The notes below the pieces were generated by a model. It ran no database searches. It was not told where the DNA came from and was given only the letters and a program-made list of their open reading frames with translations. Position numbers and translations under genes: made by a program. From positions 1,233-65,232 of the forward strand of contig JAJDCK010000009.1 in NCBI GenBank assembly GCA_029260855.1: DNA of 64,000 bases, given 5' to 3'. The stretch's first letter is position 1; each line of letters starts with the position of its first letter. The DNA is from Candidatus Saccharimonadota bacterium. Lineage in GTDB: Bacteria > Patescibacteriota > Saccharimonadia > Saccharimonadales > OFTM59. This document shows, one piece after another, positions 1 through 10,843 of this stretch.

Positions 1-1305
1 CTGGCTAGCGCGGATAGTCTTGATGACCTCGTCGATGTGATCCAACGCGATCTTAAGACCCTCAAGGATATGGGCACGGTCCTTCGCCTTGCGTAATTCA
101 AATTCTGTGCGCCGACGAACGACACTTTGGCGGTGCTTAATAAATTCCTGCAATATGTCCTGAAGACCAAGTACGCGCGGTTGAATGCCATCAATCAGGG
201 CAAGCATGTTGTAGTGAAATGTCTGCTGCAAAGCTGTGAGCTTATACAGCTGGTTCAATAATTTTTTAGGGTATGCGTCTTTTTTAAGGTCAATAACGAT
301 CCGGACTTCACCCCGGGCGGTTTCGTCCCTCAGGTCGCGGATGCCAGCAATTTTCTTTTCCCTGTACAGGTCAGCTATTTTTTCTAGCAGAGTGGCCTTG
401 TTAACACCGTAAGGAACCTCCGAAATGATAATCTGTTGCACGCCCTTTTTATTTTCTTCGATTGCGGCCACACCCCGAACGACTACTCCACCCTTACCGG
501 TTGCTAAAGCGGTACGGATAGATTCTTTGCCGTAGATAATGCCACCAGTCGGAAAGTCCGGACCCTTAACAAACTCAAGCAGCTCATCAAGCGTAGAATC
601 GGGTTTATCAACTAACTGAATAGTTGCATCAATAATTTCAGTAATATTATGCGGCGGAATATTAGTGGCCATACCGACAGCAATACCAATCTGACCGTTG
701 AGTAACAAGTTTGGCAACTTGGCAGGTAGCACCGAGGGCTCTTGGCGGGTGCCGTCGTAGTTGTCACGGAAATCTACTGTTTCCTTATCTATATCGGCCA
801 ACATTGCCTCGGCTTGGCTGGTCATTTTCGCTTCAGTGTACCGATGAGCAGCCGGAGGATCACCGTCCATAGAACCAAAGTTACCCTGACCATTAACCAA
901 TGTATAGCGCATAGCCCAGTCTTGCGCCATACGAACCATAGAGTCATAAATAGCGCTGTCACCGTGGGGGTGATATTTACCCATGACTTCACCGACGATC
1001 TGAGCGCTCTTAACGGTTTTGCCAGTTGGCCGAATACCCATTTTGTCCATGACGTATAAGATACGGCGATGAACTGGCTTCAGACCGTCCCTAACATCAG
1101 GTAAGGCGCGGGCAACAATAACGCTCATGGAATAGCGTAGATAACTGTCTTCCATGATGTTTTCTACTTTGCGCAACTCGACCACACGCGAGTGATCTAA
1201 GTCCAGCACTTCTGTGTCCAGTGAAGCCGTGCGTTCTGTCGCCCCCTGTTCTGGGGCTACGATTTCTTCGTTGGTATCTTCTTGTTTAATCACTTCGTCA
1301 TCCAT
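1..1305 (-). CDS. gyrA: DNA gyrase subunit A, N-terminal ~435 aa (the gene continues past the window start)
   Basis: The minus-strand frame is open from the ATG at 1305-1303 to the window edge; it is absent from the ORF track because it is truncated. My translation gives [10 protein letters not shown]...[26 protein letters not shown]...[26 protein letters not shown], the GyrA/ParC N-terminal signature including the catalytic Tyr region. The ATG lies 1 nt after the gyrB stop. Confidence 0.93.
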   Translation of the reverse strand, partial: MDDEVIKQEDTNEEIVAPEQGATERTASLDTEVLDLDHSRVVELRKVENIMEDSYLRYSMSVIVARALPDVRDGLKPVHRRILYVMDKMGIRPTGKTVKSAQIVGEVMGKYHPHGDSAIYDSMVRMAQDWAMRYTLVNGQGNFGSMDGDPPAAHRYTEAKMTSQAEAMLADIDKETVDFRDNYDGTRQEPSVLPAKLPNLLLNGQIGIAVGMATNIPPHNITEIIDATIQLVDKPDSTLDELLEFVKGPDFPTGGIIYGKESIRTALATGKGGVVVRGVAAIEENKKGVQQIIISEVPYGVNKATLLEKIADLYREKKIAGIRDLRDETARGEVRIVIDLKKDAYPKKLLNQLYKLTALQQTFHYNMLALIDGIQPRVLGLQDILQEFIKHRQSVVRRRTEFELRKAKDRAHILEGLKIALDHIDEVIKTIRASQ

Positions 1306-1306
1306 A

Positions 1307-3298
<1,992 letters not shown>

Positions 3299-3436
3299 CT
3301 AGTTCCCAAAGTTTAGATGTTGACCACTGATATGCAGTATAAGCGACATGCGGATAAATGACAACCAAAAATAGCTATTGTGTGAACACATAGTTTTATG
3401 GTTCAATAAGCACTAGAATTAAACCAAACAACAAAA

Positions 3437-5101
3437 ATGTTTAAAAAATTAATCAGCAACCTACCCTTCAACCCCAGCCTTATCAACCAGGTGTCTTTTT
3501 ATGCTAAGCGCATGCACAAGGAAGAAAAGCTAAGGCGCTTAGGCGTTATGATGGTGGTATTGTCGCTCTTTATCCAGATGTTTGCCATCATATCACCTCC
3601 CGAGCCAACACTTGCTGCGTCTGATAACGACATCTTGCGCGGTGGTTTTACTTCCCGTGATCAAGCTGTCGCCAAATGTCGGGCAAACGAACAAGGCTTT
3701 GCAACCATTCTTAGCGCTTACTTTTATACAAACGGCAACTTAAACGAAGCCTGTGATATGCTGGCTCGATCAATAAACTCTAAGATCAGGTCTACTGACC
3801 CCAATGGAAGCAAAAGACTTGTGTCTTTGGGCCGGATTAGCCAGGGACCAACCATTGCGCGTACCGGTAAGCCGACCGGTGAATATCCTGTGAATATTCA
3901 TGGAGCGGGAACTTTTTACATGAGAAACTTATGGGCATGGGACAGTGGCGAATACTCTACATATGATGCTTTAGCAGTAGCGAATAAGAATGGTACCACC
4001 ATATATGTATTATTCAATTGTGGCAACATCGTAACCAATGGCCATGTACCCCCACAAATACCAACTACACCACCCGTACCACAACCGCCAGTTACACCGG
4101 GTACTGCAGTTTGTACTAGCTTAGTCGCAACACCAATGAGCGAGCGGAAATACCGGTTTCAGGCTACGACAACCGGGAATGATTACACGGTAAAAAGTTA
4201 CGAGTTTAATTTCGGAAATAACAAGTCCAAAACAATAACCAGCAGCGCCAAGACAGCTACGACAGACCATACTTATGATGCGGCTAGCGCATATACCGCT
4301 AGCGTAAAGATAAATGTGGACGTCAAAGGCGCTAACGGCCCAGTTCCGCGAACCTTACTCTGCCAAGTTTCGGTGCTCACAACTACCCGCGACGAGTGCC
4401 CGCTAGTACCCGGCACCCAGACTAACAAGTCCGAGTGCGATGTCTGCCCCGCGATTCCGGGCGAACAAAGTACAACGGCAGAATGCAAACCCTGTGATGA
4501 CTCTCAAAACGATCAAGACGTAACCGCCTGCTTGGTGCTTACGAAAACAGCCAAGAACAATACGCAAAAAATTGAGAATGCGGACGGTACGATAGCTAAT
4601 GCCGACGATAGCGTAACTTATACGCTCAGAACCAAAAACACCGGCAAAGCGATTGTGCGTGGCTATGTAGTAGAAGAAAACATAAGCGACGTTTTGGACT
4701 ATGCTACCGTTACTAGTTTTGGCGGCGGCAAGCTGGAAGCAGACAATATTGTGCGCTGGCCAGCTACAGATATAAGCGCTGGCGGAACAATTACAAAGCA
4801 GTTAACTGTAAAGGTCAAAAATCCTATACCCCAAACACCGATTTCAGTCTCAGACCCAGCTAAGTTTGATTTGGTAATGAATAATGTCTACGGGAATGCC
4901 GTCAACATAAAGCTGCCTTCAAGCATTGTTAAAACTACCGAAACTATTACCGGCAGCCTGCCCAAGACTGGCCCCGGCACTACAGTAGTTATGAGTATTA
5001 TTATGACGATGATCGTGTCTTACTTCTTTGCCCGCAGTCGCCTGCTGGCCAAGGAAATGGATATGGTGCAGACTGAATACGTAATGAGTGGGAGCTATTA
5101 G
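3437..5101 (+). CDS. LPXTG-anchored cell-surface protein (sortase substrate) with Pro-rich linker, Cys-rich stalk and DUF11-like repeat region
   Basis: 554-aa ORF. It has an N-terminal hydrophobic anchor (GVMMVVLSLFIQMFAIISPP), a PPQIPTTPPVPQPPVTPG linker and Cys-containing mini-repeats. The C-terminus reads LPKTG, then a hydrophobic stretch (TTVVMSIIMTMIVSYFF), then ARSR, which is a classic sortase sorting signal. Confidence 0.75.
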   Translation: MFKKLISNLPFNPSLINQVSFYAKRMHKEEKLRRLGVMMVVLSLFIQMFAIISPPEPTLAASDNDILRGGFTSRDQAVAKCRANEQGFATILSAYFYTNGNLNEACDMLARSINSKIRSTDPNGSKRLVSLGRISQGPTIARTGKPTGEYPVNIHGAGTFYMRNLWAWDSGEYSTYDALAVANKNGTTIYVLFNCGNIVTNGHVPPQIPTTPPVPQPPVTPGTAVCTSLVATPMSERKYRFQATTTGNDYTVKSYEFNFGNNKSKTITSSAKTATTDHTYDAASAYTASVKINVDVKGANGPVPRTLLCQVSVLTTTRDECPLVPGTQTNKSECDVCPAIPGEQSTTAECKPCDDSQNDQDVTACLVLTKTAKNNTQKIENADGTIANADDSVTYTLRTKNTGKAIVRGYVVEENISDVLDYATVTSFGGGKLEADNIVRWPATDISAGGTITKQLTVKVKNPIPQTPISVSDPAKFDLVMNNVYGNAVNIKLPSSIVKTTETITGSLPKTGPGTTVVMSIIMTMIVSYFFARSRLLAKEMDMVQTEYVMSGSY

Positions 5102-5103
5102 AA

Positions 5104-5667
5104 ATGAGCGAGAAGATTGAACACGCAAGAAGCCCTGAACATAAGTCAGAATCGGTTGATGCGCTCGCAGAAGCTCAGCGAAACCTTGACCGTATACACA
5201 AAGAGGCCGGCAAGGAACGGCACCATGGCGCCAACATAGAGCAACTCCAGACGAAAGCCGAAAAGCAAGCCTTCAGTCGCGAAAAAATTACCGTCGGAGA
5301 GAAAGAGACTACCCCCTCACCCGTGGGCGTACAAAGGGAGTTAAAGACTACAGCTTACAAACAGACCATTAGGCGTATTCAAACCAAACTGAGGGGCTCA
5401 GATAAGGTTTTAAGCCACGTTATGCACCAACCTGTAGTAGAAAAATTGAGTAATTTTGGGGCCAATACTATAGCCAGGCCATCAGGTATCCTCGGTGGCG
5501 GAGTCATAGCTCTCCTTGGCAGTAGCATATTGCTATATCTGACCAAGTATTACGGATTTGAATACAACTTAACTGTATTTTTCATCCTTTTCATAGTCGG
5601 ATTCACAGCGGGAATTATTCTTGAAAGCCTAGTAAAACTCATGCGACGCAAACGAAGCATCAGCTAA
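5104..5667 (+). CDS. hypothetical membrane protein
   Basis: 187-aa ORF starting 2 nt after the previous stop. The N-terminal half is charged and there are two predicted C-terminal TM helices. I recognise no family. Confidence 0.6.
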   Translation: MSEKIEHARSPEHKSESVDALAEAQRNLDRIHKEAGKERHHGANIEQLQTKAEKQAFSREKITVGEKETTPSPVGVQRELKTTAYKQTIRRIQTKLRGSDKVLSHVMHQPVVEKLSNFGANTIARPSGILGGGVIALLGSSILLYLTKYYGFEYNLTVFFILFIVGFTAGIILESLVKLMRRKRSIS

Positions 5668-5718
5668 TAGCAGTATTGGGGGTTCGGGTAATAGTTTTTC
5701 TTAAACCTGTGCGGTTTA

Positions 5719-8694
5719 TTAGGCCTCTAGGTCTTTTGTGGTTCGAAGATTGCCGTCTTTATCAATATGAATAGTGTCTTCTGTTGAGTCCTGATTATCA
5801 CCTGTGGCGGGTTCGTTTCTGTTTATTTTGATCTCGCCGTGCATGGCTGACTGTTTAGGCCCTGGTTTAATCTCATCCCCCCTGAATGATTTTGATGTAT
5901 GATCGGTGCTATCGGTAGCGACCGTCGCATGATGTACAGCCTGGGGGGCTGCGGGAGTTTGTGGCGGGGTGCTTGCTGTACCAGGAGGCTGCGATGATAT
6001 AGGAGATGATGCTGTATGAGGCGGATCAGGCGCAGCGAATGGGGTTTGGGTGGTGGGTCCTGCTGCTGCCGTCTTAGGCCTAACAGGTCCTGTATCAGGC
6101 GAACCAGGGGTTTTTCGCTTCGCAAGCCACTCATCCAAGAATGACGCAGCACCGGGCTTGGGTGGTGCCTTAAAAGGCCCTCCCGCTGCCCCTGCACCAG
6201 CTGCTGGATAGCCACCGCCCATGGGGCCACCAAACGCTGGTCTAGCATCTTCTTTAGTGGCAAGTCTGGCAAAAATCTCTGATTCAACCGTATTCTTGGG
6301 TCGGCCAAATTTTGCCGCAGACAATTGCTTCAGCGCCTGTGCCAATTGTGGGTTAGGCGTACCGAGGGGCGGTAGAGCAGACATACTAAACGCATGTGTC
6401 GGCACACCACCGACAAGCGTGCGTACGATAGCATTGTAGTTTGGCACCCTTAGAAGGTCCTCCACTTCAAAGGATGGCTGGAAGTACTTTACGAGAGCGT
6501 CCACGTCTTTGTCGCCGACACGGAAAGCCACAATCGTACCCATATTACCGAAGACCGCATCGCGGATCTCTTCGGATAGCTGGGTAGTAAACTGGTTAGC
6601 CACAATCAAGTTAAGGTGATATTTACGAGCTTCTGACATGATGGTTGCAAACGAGTCAGTTGAGAAGTTCTGGAACTCATCTACATACAGACAGAAGTCT
6701 TTGCGTTCGCTTTCCGGCACATTGGCCCGACTCATAGCAGCTGCCTGAAACTTCATAACAAAGACCATACCAAGAAGTTTGGAGTTAAGTTCACCAGTGC
6801 GGCCCTTGCTAAGATTAACGATCAGTATCTTCTTATTGTCCATGATCTCCCGCAAGTTAAAAGCACTCTTTGTTTGGCCAATGATGTTGCGCATCATTTC
6901 ATTACTCAAGAATGCGCCAAACTTACTCACGAACCAGCCCAGCACCTCACTCTTGTGATAGTCGCTTGTAGAGGCCATCTCTTTATTCCAGAAGTCCAAA
7001 ACCGCCTGATCTTTAACGTGTTGGAGTTTTTGCTTGGCATACTTGTTATCTGTAAATACTTTAGGAATATCAATAAATGTAGCGCCTTCTGGGTCCGCCA
7101 TAATGGTCAAAGCAGCATTGCGGAACCAGTGTTCGTACCGGGGTCCTATAATACCTTGATGTTGAGGGTCGTACAGTTTGTAGAGCATATTAATGGCTTC
7201 CTGAATAAGAAAGTCTTTCTGTTCTGGCTGATGAAACTCAAACAAGTTAAGGCCCATCGGATAGTCCATGTCTGCTGGGCAAAAATAAATTACATCCTCA
7301 GTACGCTCCTTGGGGACCATTGAGAGTAGCCTTTCGGCTGTATCACCATGTGGATCAATAAAGGCAAACCCCTCCCCGTTAAGCATGTCTTGAAAGGCTA
7401 GGTTCTCTAGAAAGGTAGACTTACCGGTACCAGTCTGCCCCACAACATACATGTGTCTTTGGCGGTCTGGTAGAGCTAGTTTTATTTCCTTTTTGACTCC
7501 TCGGAAGATGTTGTAGCCAAGCATTATCCCTTCCTCGGCTATGTTTCTAGGACCGTCCACCTGCTTAGAGGCCTGGCGCTCCAGTTGTGAGGTCGGAATA
7601 TTCTTCTGGTCTGGAAAATGAAACAGTGTAGCGAGTTCAATTGAATTTAGAATACTTTTATTATTCTCTTGGGGGAAAAACCGCAATATATAAGCAGTAA
7701 CGAAGCGTTCAATGTCTTTAGCGGGAGTATATTTAAAACCATTCCTTCCCGGTGCATCAAAAAGCGAAAAAGTAGCCACAACGTTACTAAGAATCGACTG
7801 GGCCCTTTGAGATATATTAGACGAAGCCACCACACGTATGAGCACTTCGTAGCCTGTATGGCGAGTTTTTTCGTCAATAGCATCCAGAATTGCTTGATCC
7901 AAACCGGAAAGTTCAGGTTTGTCGCTACCGCCACCGCTCTTTTCCTCTGGTGGCTTTACGAAAGCGGTTATTAAATCACGTATTAATGCCGCTGTTTTTT
8001 CCAGCCCCTTCTTGCTGTTTTTGCCTTTGCGTTTTTTACTAGCAACCTCAGTTGCAGCCTTGCGCCACTCCGGGTTAGCTGGCCTCATCAAGAACTGTAT
8101 GCCGAGCCCGTCATCCTTATCAAGAGTTGAAAGGGCATTCAGCAGCGATTGCATTGCGTCGCGCTTCAGATCCTGATAAGTAGCTATAGGGTAGGCAAAA
8201 TTCTCTTTAAGTGTAAGCTCCCCGCCAACAGTACCGCTAATCTTGCCGACTGGGCTAAAAATATTGTGCTCCGCGACCTCTTCTAGCCTGACCGCAGGAT
8301 AAGCGCTTACCAAAGCCTGTTTCACCACATCAACCAATGCTACTGGCACGGCGGTATAGAAACGAACAAAGCCTTTACTGCCCACAATCTCAAATGTGAG
8401 GTGCCGCTGGCCATAAAACCTACTTTTAAGGCCTTTCTGAAGAGTGCTGGCTATTATGTTGTAGAGTATCTGGGCTTTGGATATGTTTTCGTCCACAACG
8501 TCACGCGTGTCTCTGCCGCCTATTTCAGTATCATCACTCTGTGGCGGCAAGTGAATAAGCAATGGCACCATCTTAAGGCCACGTTCAAAATTCTTTTGCT
8601 CACGAAATACTTTCCTAACTTGTATAAAAGCTATTGGCGAACCAACAGCTGCGATAATCAAGAGCACCACAAGCATAAAAAAGAAGGCTGTCAT
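5719..8694 (-). CDS. TrwB/TraD/VirD4-like (type IV coupling protein family) P-loop ATPase with N-terminal TM helix and long Pro/Ala-rich tail
   Basis: 991-aa ORF. Walker A VGQTGTGKST is followed by AFIDPHGD, and there is a Walker B-like LYVDEFQNF. An N-terminal TM helix (FFFMLVVLLIIAAVGSPIAF) is present. The C-terminal ~250 aa is low-complexity P/A/G-rich. Confidence 0.6.
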   Translation of the reverse strand: MTAFFFMLVVLLIIAAVGSPIAFIQVRKVFREQKNFERGLKMVPLLIHLPPQSDDTEIGGRDTRDVVDENISKAQILYNIIASTLQKGLKSRFYGQRHLTFEIVGSKGFVRFYTAVPVALVDVVKQALVSAYPAVRLEEVAEHNIFSPVGKISGTVGGELTLKENFAYPIATYQDLKRDAMQSLLNALSTLDKDDGLGIQFLMRPANPEWRKAATEVASKKRKGKNSKKGLEKTAALIRDLITAFVKPPEEKSGGGSDKPELSGLDQAILDAIDEKTRHTGYEVLIRVVASSNISQRAQSILSNVVATFSLFDAPGRNGFKYTPAKDIERFVTAYILRFFPQENNKSILNSIELATLFHFPDQKNIPTSQLERQASKQVDGPRNIAEEGIMLGYNIFRGVKKEIKLALPDRQRHMYVVGQTGTGKSTFLENLAFQDMLNGEGFAFIDPHGDTAERLLSMVPKERTEDVIYFCPADMDYPMGLNLFEFHQPEQKDFLIQEAINMLYKLYDPQHQGIIGPRYEHWFRNAALTIMADPEGATFIDIPKVFTDNKYAKQKLQHVKDQAVLDFWNKEMASTSDYHKSEVLGWFVSKFGAFLSNEMMRNIIGQTKSAFNLREIMDNKKILIVNLSKGRTGELNSKLLGMVFVMKFQAAAMSRANVPESERKDFCLYVDEFQNFSTDSFATIMSEARKYHLNLIVANQFTTQLSEEIRDAVFGNMGTIVAFRVGDKDVDALVKYFQPSFEVEDLLRVPNYNAIVRTLVGGVPTHAFSMSALPPLGTPNPQLAQALKQLSAAKFGRPKNTVESEIFARLATKEDARPAFGGPMGGGYPAAGAGAAGGPFKAPPKPGAASFLDEWLAKRKTPGSPDTGPVRPKTAAAGPTTQTPFAAPDPPHTASSPISSQPPGTASTPPQTPAAPQAVHHATVATDSTDHTSKSFRGDEIKPGPKQSAMHGEIKINRNEPATGDNQDSTEDTIHIDKDGNLRTTKDLEA

Positions 8695-9120
8695 TTATTT
8701 TTCTTCTAGTTTTAGGTCCTTGTTGTATCGCTTTTTCAGGTAATCGGCTTTGGCCTTATTCATCTCTTTGTTTTGGGCATGTGGGTCACCTTTTGTGTGC
8801 TCAACTATTTCCTTAGCTTTATGCACCCATTCGCGCTCTATCAGATCAACATCATCAGCTATAGCTGGCATACCTTGACTCCTTGTTGTCGTTGCGCCGA
8901 TTTGTTGAGCCAACGCTGATCCATCCCCTACCGTGGGGTGCTGCGACTGCACGGTAACAGGTGGTGGTCCCGAGCTAACAGAACCCGTCTCTAGAGCCAC
9001 ATTCTGCAATAGCTCCCCAGGGGAAGCAGTAGAGCCAGACTCATCACGAGCTGAACCTTGTTCTGTGTATGGCACCGGTAAGTCCATTGAGGCGTTGGGG
9101 TTGTTGTGTTGCTCGTTCAT
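8695..9120 (-). CDS. hypothetical protein (operon partner of the ATPase)
   Basis: 141-aa ORF whose stop abuts the ATPase start (8695/8694). The N-terminal half is low-complexity and the C-terminus is basic and helical. No family recognised. Confidence 0.55.
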   Translation of the reverse strand: MNEQHNNPNASMDLPVPYTEQGSARDESGSTASPGELLQNVALETGSVSSGPPPVTVQSQHPTVGDGSALAQQIGATTTRSQGMPAIADDVDLIEREWVHKAKEIVEHTKGDPHAQNKEMNKAKADYLKKRYNKDLKLEEK

Positions 9121-9150
9121 CTAATCTGTAATTATATCAAAATCACCCTG

Positions 9151-9495
9151 TTATAAAAAATCAATCTTACGAAAGTAAAATAGTAAAAGCACGATCAGCC
9201 CAGACGTAATTATAAAATCAATAAGTGTCAACTGGCCAATAGACTGTAGCAGCAGCAGCAAAACCGGCAACGCGGCAATAGCCAGGCTAAGCCCTCGTCT
9301 TGTTCGGGACTGTAAATTACTGGTGGCTTTTTCCAGGACTAGCTGGAGAACCAGGTAAAGTGCCATAAATAGCAGTATGAATGGCGCAGTCAAAAACGGA
9401 AGTGGCAGAGTATCTGGGCTGGTCATAAAGATCAAAGAATTAAAAAGTACAATAATTATACTCGCAAACAGTATTCGTTGATTATTGGTGCTCAT
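9151..9495 (-). CDS. small integral membrane protein
   Basis: 114-aa ORF with 3-4 predicted TM helices. It is the first gene downstream of the terminator-containing leader. Confidence 0.55.
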   Translation of the reverse strand: MSTNNQRILFASIIIVLFNSLIFMTSPDTLPLPFLTAPFILLFMALYLVLQLVLEKATSNLQSRTRRGLSLAIAALPVLLLLLQSIGQLTLIDFIITSGLIVLLLFYFRKIDFL

Positions 9496-9523
9496 ATCGC
9501 ATAAATTCTAATTGATTCATATG

Positions 9524-9554
9524 AAATAAAACAGCACCGCCACCCTGGCAGTGC
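9524..9554 (-). terminator. intrinsic terminator inside a 5' leader (candidate attenuator)
   Basis: Minus-sense hairpin GCACUGCCA-GGG-UGGCGGUGC (9 bp, one G.U) followed by UGUUUUAUUU. It ends about 30 nt upstream of the start codon at 9495. Confidence 0.6.
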
Positions 9555-9707
9555 TTTTAGAGCCGGGACGGTAAATCCGCTCATTATAATTAGATTAAAT
9601 AGCAGTTACCGTCCTAGGCTTGACTGACCGCTCTCGCCCGCTTTAGGCAGGGTCGAGCGCTATCAAATTCTCCCATGTAAGTATTTTTGTTTTCAACTTA
9701 CCTCGTA

Positions 9708-9736
9708 AACTTACTCTTTTATAAACAAAATGTCAA
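9708..9736 (-). promoter_or_regulatory. sigma-70-type promoter for the leader/operon
   Basis: Minus-sense TTGACA (9736-9731), 17-nt spacer, TAAGTT (9713-9708). Confidence 0.5.
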
Positions 9737-10602
9737 TAGTTTATTGTTGTTCTTTATACACTCCATATCTGTCAATCTAGCTAGAATAGTAGTAAGTATG
9801 CGATTATTTAGTTGTTAAAATTACTTGAATATATTATTGATACTACTTCATTAAGTAAAGTATATTACATTTTGTGCTGTCGTATCCAACGAGATAGGGC
9901 TGTTATTTAAACCTAAGGTTCTTGGTACACGACTAAACTAAAATTGTCAGAATAATTTATCAACCCTACCTGGGTGATAGCGCCGTAGCTGTCATTCTAG
10001 CCAATTTTTATTACTGAACCGGCGCGAAGCATGAACCTTGAATATGCGCCCACCGATTAGTTCACGAATACTGTTTTGGATTAGTTAGCTTTTATTATTG
10101 ATCTCAACTCAGACGTAACCTGTCCGCTGCAGCTACTGTACGCTCACATTGTGCCGTCAGCTTTCTACATTTACCTTAATATAACCTATGCGGCGCATTA
10201 AGACGGCGAAAGACCGCGCGCGCAAGTCTCGGCTTAGTTTGTATCAGCAACTAGAGACGCGCTCACATGTATAAAAAATTTACTGGTGTCGGTGTTTCTG
10301 TACTTCATTCGTACGTAACTGCCCGTATCATGATGCGTCATTCTTTCCAGTCGTGCAGTAACTTGGGCACCCTAATCGGCCAGTTCGCCTTGACCCTTAT
10401 CCATATTTTGCCGCTTCCACTAGGTCATAAAATGTCATATGGATATATTACTTTTTCACCACCCTGCCTTGAGCCTAACGAGCTGTGTATGGGGAGTGAA
10501 TACAGGGTGAAAAGACCTCCCTCGTCATGCAAAGAAGCCAATACCATGCCATAATCTTATTAAGTTATGCACAGGTATCGTAGGATTTAAACATAAGATG
10601 TA

Positions 10603-10631
10603 TTGACAGCTTAAATAAGCCCCGATAAGAT
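10603..10631 (+). promoter_or_regulatory. sigma-70-type promoter
   Basis: TTGACA (10603-10608), 17-nt spacer, TAAGAT (10626-10631). Confidence 0.5.
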
Positions 10632-10637
10632 AGGAAT

Positions 10638-10797
10638 GGCACTGAGTAAAAAAAGTGCTCAAAACAAAAACGACAAAAAACAACGGCTTCTCGCAAGCCG
10701 TTGTTCCATAGAAACAATAAAAACAAAGTAAACATCACAAACATTTTCAAAAATCAAAGCCCACCAACAGTCCCGAAAAAATCGGGACTGTTTTTAT
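10638..10797 (+). ncRNA. candidate small RNA (~160 nt, A/C-rich, two hairpins plus terminator)
   Basis: The unit is bounded by the promoter above and a strong terminator. Internal hairpins are GCACU...AGUGC and CAACGGCUU-CUCG-AAGCCGUUG. The single-stranded stretches are rich in CA/AAnAA. The only ORF is a 24-codon one with no RBS. Confidence 0.4.
10768..10795 (+). terminator. intrinsic terminator
   Basis: CAGUCCCGA-AAAAA-UCGGGACUG (9-bp perfect stem) followed by UUUUU. It lies 48 nt upstream of the comM start. Confidence 0.75.
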
Positions 10798-10843
10798 ATA
10801 GTTATATTTGTGTAGTATGCTTGGAATACTACAAGGGGGGTAG

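Noticed and set aside
742-1059. 105-aa plus-strand ORF from the ORF track
   Set aside because: It lies entirely antisense to the clearly recognisable gyrA coding frame and has no RBS or family signal. It is a shadow ORF.
5823-6308. 161-aa alternative-frame ORF on the same strand as the ATPase
   Set aside because: It lies within the Pro/Ala/Gly-rich tail coding region. The biased composition keeps several frames open, and the sequence has no independent start signals.
6874-7323. 149-aa plus-strand ORF
   Set aside because: It is antisense to the P-loop core of the 991-aa ATPase and is a shadow ORF.
9534-9680. Possible SRP RNA or guanidine-class riboswitch in the leader upstream of 9495
   Set aside because: GGUCAG, CUAGG and ACGG words gave superficial resemblance. 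However, the SRP helix-8 core (GNRA loop flanked by AGCA/GGAA) and the full ykkC, mini-ykkC and ykkC-III consensus cores are not present.
10267-10554. 95-aa ORF inside the long non-coding gap
   Set aside because: It has no Shine-Dalgarno sequence, an odd Cys/His/Pro-rich composition and no family resemblance. The region is treated as non-coding or unknown instead.
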